A DNA stretch of 64,000 nt from NCBI GenBank assembly GCA_965209055.1, contig OZ242374.1:4928001-4992000 (forward strand), in the 5' to 3' direction. Under the pieces are notes generated by a model. That model was given only the letters and a program-made list of their open reading frames with translations, was not told the DNA's origin and ran no database searches. Shown here in pieces: positions 60,322 to 64,000 of the stretch; position 1 is the first letter of the stretch, and every line of letters starts with the position of its first letter. Source of the DNA: Acidobacteriota bacterium (lineage in GTDB: Bacteria; Acidobacteriota; UBA6911; RPQK01; JAJDTT01). Both the position numbers and the translations under genes were made by a program.

Positions 60322-61224
60322 ATGCGTAAGTGGGGACTCCGGATTGCTCTTTCCATCCTGTTGTTTCCGCTCGCGGAAGTGGACGGAACGGCCAAGAAAT
60401 TAGCGACGGACGAACTGATCGCCCGGCATCGAACGGCCATCGGCGAGAACCCCGTGCGGAAGAATCGGGTCGCACAGGGATTGGGGACATTGGACATCCG
60501 CGTCGGCGGCCTGGGCAAGCTGGGCGGTCCGGCCATGATTTTGGCTGAGGGAGACAAACTTCGGACCAGTTTCGGTTTCGGCCATATCCAGTATCCCAAG
60601 GAGACCATCATCCGCAACGGGGACAAGTTGGACATCGCCTACATCACTCCGGGCATCCGGTCCCAGTTGGGTACCGCCCTCTGGATCCACTTCCCCCGAT
60701 TGGCGCAGGAGGGTCTCTACGGAGGTGTCCTCACCACCGACTGGGCTCTGCTGGATCTCGACAAGAGGCGGGCCAAGGTCCGCTACCGGGGACTCAAGAA
60801 GTTCGAGGGCAGGAAACTTCATGAGCTGGAGTATCGGCCCAAGAAGGGAGTGGAATACAGAATCCGGCTCTACTTCGAGCCTGAAACCTACCGCCACGTG
60901 GCCAGCAGCTACCGCCTGACCATTCCGGCCGGCGTGGGGCGGGGTTCGATGATCGCACAACAAGGACCCGGTTTTGGCGCCGCCGACGGGCCCGCGGACA
61001 ACACGCGGATCCAGTTGATGGAGACCTTTTCGGAATTCAAGGAAGTCGACGGGTTGACCCTCCCGCATCACTACCGGATCACCCTCAACGAGTCTGCCGC
61101 CACCGGCGCGGACTCGGGCGCCGGCTTCGCCCCCCGTAACGGTTTCGCGGGGCACTGGGAAATCAAAATTGACCGCATTTCGCACAAGTACCGGATCACC
61201 CCCCAGGCCTTCGCCATCAAGTAA
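60322..61224 (+). CDS. Secreted hypothetical protein, paralogue 4
   Basis: Colinear with paralogues 1-3; AAGGAGGTGAATCATG start context. Confidence 0.8.
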   Translation: MRKWGLRIALSILLFPLAEVDGTAKKLATDELIARHRTAIGENPVRKNRVAQGLGTLDIRVGGLGKLGGPAMILAEGDKLRTSFGFGHIQYPKETIIRNGDKLDIAYITPGIRSQLGTALWIHFPRLAQEGLYGGVLTTDWALLDLDKRRAKVRYRGLKKFEGRKLHELEYRPKKGVEYRIRLYFEPETYRHVASSYRLTIPAGVGRGSMIAQQGPGFGAADGPADNTRIQLMETFSEFKEVDGLTLPHHYRITLNESAATGADSGAGFAPRNGFAGHWEIKIDRISHKYRITPQAFAIK

Positions 61225-61369
61225 ACACCTGGAATTGACTCGTCAGGGTGGAACGCGAGTAGCGGCCCCATTCGCCGGGCGAAGGCAAGGCCACCTGCGC
61301 CACACTGACACTGACGTGCTGAACCGAATCCCCGGGTATTGACGCAGGCCGCGTCTCAGACTTCGTTCT

Positions 61370-61406
61370 TCAGACTTCGTTCTTCCGGAACCATTCCAAC
61401 AGATGA
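61370..61406. repeat. 37-bp imperfect copy of the GMC oxidoreductase 3' end (63104-63140)
   Basis: TCAGACTTCGTTCTTCCGGAACCATTCCAACAGATGA vs TCAGACCTCGTTCCTGCGGAACCGTTCCAACAGATGA, 33/37 identical. Confidence 0.85.
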
Positions 61407-61546
61407 ACGAGGGGACAGTCTGTTTTCCCGGAACGAAGGGACAGTCTGTTTTCCCGGGCGCGCGAACGAGGGGGAACGAGGGGACAGTCTATTTTCCCGA
61501 CGGTCTATTTTCCCGACGGTCTATTTTCCCGACGGTCTATTTTCGC
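61405..61546 (+). repeat. Tandem array upstream of the RAYT gene
   Basis: Three 26-bp units GAACGARGGGACAGTCTRTTTTCCCG followed by three 16-bp units GACGGTCTATTTTCSC. Confidence 0.9.
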
Positions 61547-61662
61547 GACGGACAGACGGACGGAGTTTCCTTCGTCCTTCCCGGTTCTGGATCGTTGTTG
61601 TCATCAGGGGCGCGAATCGCCTCCACTGGGAGTCCGATCCCGAAACCCGGAGGACCACGACC

Positions 61663-62598
61663 ATGGCCCGAACTGCCCGACACAAGAGCTCAGAAGCCGC
61701 CTTCTATCACGTCACCAATCGAGTCGTCGGCCGGCCCGGCTGGTTCCCCTTCAGGAATCGCCAGTCCCGTCTCAAACTCCTGCACATGATGTTGTTCTAC
61801 GTGAACGCCTACCGCTGTCGCCTAGCCGCCTACCAGATCATGGACAATCACTTCCACCTCGTCGTCCATTTCGAGAAGTTCCGCTCCCTGTCCCCTAAGG
61901 AGTTGGAGGACCATGCCGGGCAGCTCTATGGACACCGGGTGGAAGAGTTCACTGGCGATTGGACCGACGCCCAATGGGAGTCCTTCAATCGGCGTCTGTT
62001 CGACCTGTCGAGACTGATGGCCGACCTGGACGGACAGTATGCCCGGTGGTTCAACGACACGCATGAGCGGCGAGGTCATCTCTGGGGCGATCGTTTCAAG
62101 AGTTCCGAACTGCTCGATGAACAGGCCGTCCAGGACGTCATACTCTACGTGGAGCTCAATCCGATCCGAGCCGGACTGGTCCAGCGGCCCGGGCAGTGGA
62201 AGTGGGGCTCGGCCTGCTGGCGGCTCAATGGCCAGGATCAAGAGCTGATTCCACTGGACGAGCTGTTTTCTGCGGATCCCGGAGAGGACGTGTACAGCAG
62301 TTACCGGGCGCGGCTGTACCATCGAGGCGCAGTTCCCACCCGGGAGAACCAGGCCGCCATCCCCGAATGGATCCTCCATCAGGAGGAGCGACGGGGATTC
62401 GCCCGCCCCGGCGGATTTCGCCGGCGTCTGCGTTTTCTGACTGACGGGCTGGCCGTGGGGCCGGCGGCGAAGGTGGCGCAACTGCTGGAGACCTATCGGC
62501 GGCAAGGTCGATATCGACGCCGCCGAAACCCCATCCCCCAACTGGGCGGAGCGCTGTATTCCCTGCGGGAGCAGCGCTCGAACGCCGTCGTCGCGTAA
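61663..62598 (+). CDS. REP-associated tyrosine transposase (RAYT / TnpA-Y1 HUH endonuclease)
   Basis: YHVTNR, MDNHFHL (HUH), RRGHLWGDRFKS, YVELNPIRAGLV (catalytic Tyr) and WKWGS motifs; GGAGG RBS before ATG 61663. Confidence 0.9.
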   Translation: MARTARHKSSEAAFYHVTNRVVGRPGWFPFRNRQSRLKLLHMMLFYVNAYRCRLAAYQIMDNHFHLVVHFEKFRSLSPKELEDHAGQLYGHRVEEFTGDWTDAQWESFNRRLFDLSRLMADLDGQYARWFNDTHERRGHLWGDRFKSSELLDEQAVQDVILYVELNPIRAGLVQRPGQWKWGSACWRLNGQDQELIPLDELFSADPGEDVYSSYRARLYHRGAVPTRENQAAIPEWILHQEERRGFARPGGFRRRLRFLTDGLAVGPAAKVAQLLETYRRQGRYRRRRNPIPQLGGALYSLREQRSNAVVA

Positions 62599-62944
62599 AC
62601 TCGACTGACCGTTGGCCGTCGACCGTCCCGCGGTGGCGCCGCACGTCCAGGACCACTGGATGCACTCAATAGCTCTATCCCCGGAACGAGGTTCTCGAGT
62701 CTGATCCCTTCCGGATCCTCCCCTTCCGGATGGTGCGTCGCGAGTCGGAGGTGCCCGAGGATCCATCGGCGCTGGACGACCGGCGCCAAGAGTGGGCCAA
62801 CTGTCCGAAACCGGACACATTGTCCCGGAATCGGACACTTCGTTGCGGCCTGAAGCAGGATCGGGTATTGACGGAGACTGGGATCAGTCTTCAGGTCAGG
62901 CAATTCCGGGATCTGAGCCAGCAGAACGACGTCGTCTCAGTTTT

Positions 62945-63075
62945 CGAAACTGTCCCTTTTCCGCCTTTTTCGAAACTGTCCCTTTTCTGCGCCTTCGAAA
63001 CTGTCCCTTTTCTGGGAGTTGTCTGCGAAACTGTCCCTTTTCTGCGAAACTGTCCCTTTTCTGGGAGTTGTCTGC
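62945..63075 (-). repeat. Tandem array downstream of the RAYT gene, inverted relative to the upstream array
   Basis: Five copies of CGAAACTGTCCCTTTTC (62945, 62971, 62996, 63026, 63045). Its reverse complement contains the same GGGACAGT core. Confidence 0.9.
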
Positions 63076-63103
63076 AGCAGAAGAACCCGGCGGGGTTCCG
63101 CTC

Positions 63104-64000
63104 TCAGACCTCGTTCCTGCGGAACCGTTCCAACAGATGATCGCAGGCCCGGACCGTGAGGGCCATCATGGTCAGGGTGGGATTCTGGCAACCGGCGCTC
63201 ACGAAACAGGAGCCATCGGTGACCAGGAGGTTGTCGATGTCGTGGCACTGGTTGTAGGGGTTCAGCACCGACTTGGCGGGGTCGTGGCCCATCCGGGCCG
63301 TCCCCACTTCGTGAATCGCCATGCCGGGCATGGCCGTCCGGGCATTGACCTTGATGTTGCGTGCCCCGGTCGACTCCAACATTTCGGCCGCCGTAGCGGC
63401 GGCGTCTTCCATCATGGCCATCTCGTTGGGACCATGGGTCATCTGGATCCTGAGGGCCGGGATCCCCCAGGCGTCCTTCTTCTCCGGGTCGATCTCGCAG
63501 TAGTTGTCCAGCCGGGCCAGGGATTCTCCGAACCCGCTCAGCCGGATCATGTAAAAGCCCTCCTTGACCGCCGCCTTGTAGGACGCTCCGAAGCCTTCGG
63601 CGTCGAACCGGAAGCTGGGTGAGCTGCCCCCCTGGAAACCGTAGCCCCGGATGAACCGGGGATGCCTCTTCTCTCCCGCCAGATTCCGGAACCGGATCAT
63701 GTAGATCCCGTTGGGACGCCGCGGATCCGACGCCCGTTTCCGGACCGGGAACTGGGGTAGCTCGCCCGCCGCTCCGGCACCCACCACGTGGTCCATGAGG
63801 TACTTCCCCAGGAGTCCGCTGGAATTGCCGAGACCCTCGGGGTGGTTCCGAGTCGCCGAGTTGAAGAGGATCCGGGTCGACTCCAGAGCCTGGGCGCACA
63901 GAATCACCGCCCGGCTCCGCACCTGGTAGGTCCGGCGCCGGTGACGGTGAACGTAGGTGACTCCCCGGGCCCGGTTGCTGGAGGGATCCATATCCACATG
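63104..64000 (-). CDS. GMC family oxidoreductase (3' part; start lies beyond the window)
   Basis: LCAQALESTRIL, GKYLMDH, HEVGTARMG, DGSCF and QNPTLTMMAL motifs. Confidence 0.93.
   Translation of the reverse strand, partial: HVDMDPSSNRARGVTYVHRHRRRTYQVRSRAVILCAQALESTRILFNSATRNHPEGLGNSSGLLGKYLMDHVVGAGAAGELPQFPVRKRASDPRRPNGIYMIRFRNLAGEKRHPRFIRGYGFQGGSSPSFRFDAEGFGASYKAAVKEGFYMIRLSGFGESLARLDNYCEIDPEKKDAWGIPALRIQMTHGPNEMAMMEDAAATAAEMLESTGARNIKVNARTAMPGMAIHEVGTARMGHDPAKSVLNPYNQCHDIDNLLVTDGSCFVSAGCQNPTLTMMALTVRACDHLLERFRRNEV

Noticed and set aside
56121-61224. Diversity-generating retroelement acting on the paralogues
   Set aside because: No reverse transcriptase or template repeat is present, and the variation is by indels rather than adenine-specific substitutions.
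61339-61662. N-terminal extension of the RAYT ORF, and ORFs over 62730-63140
   Set aside because: They merely translate the repeat arrays. A good RBS and family-typical start lie at 61663.
61405-63075. Repeat arrays as a possible CRISPR
   Set aside because: Units are 16-26 bp, spacers are 0-17 bp and themselves duplicated, and there are no cas genes. They are better explained as RAYT-associated terminal repeats.

Overview
High-GC bacterial chromosome segment. The gene content (PVC-type heme protein, many Tat-exported oxidoreductases and propeller hydrolases, a LolA-like paralogue family) suggests an Acidobacteriota-like heterotroph, which is an inference only. The backbone carries proBA, leuA-leuC-leuD, a selD fusion, bcp, ychF, an MFS transporter and catabolic enzymes. 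Accessory DNA: (i) an orphan GHKL/MORC-like ATPase at ~3.1-5.3 kb; (ii) an intact IS5 with TIRs and a TTAG target duplication at 19.45-20.64 kb; (iii) an ~11.8-kb tyrosine-integrase defence island (type I R-M hsdR-hsdS-prrC-hsdM, gene debris, a hairpin-rich non-coding module, P4-like integrase). The island is bounded by a 12-bp direct repeat and sits not in a tRNA but in the middle of a ~164-bp palindromic MITE-like element that re-forms when the island is removed; (iv) four paralogous secreted proteins with hypervariable Gly-rich loops; (v) a RAYT/TnpA-Y1 gene flanked by oppositely oriented tandem arrays and by a 37-bp duplication of the 3' end of the neighbouring GMC oxidoreductase gene. No rRNA, tRNA or CRISPR array was recognised. 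All calls were made by eye from motifs and no database searches were run.
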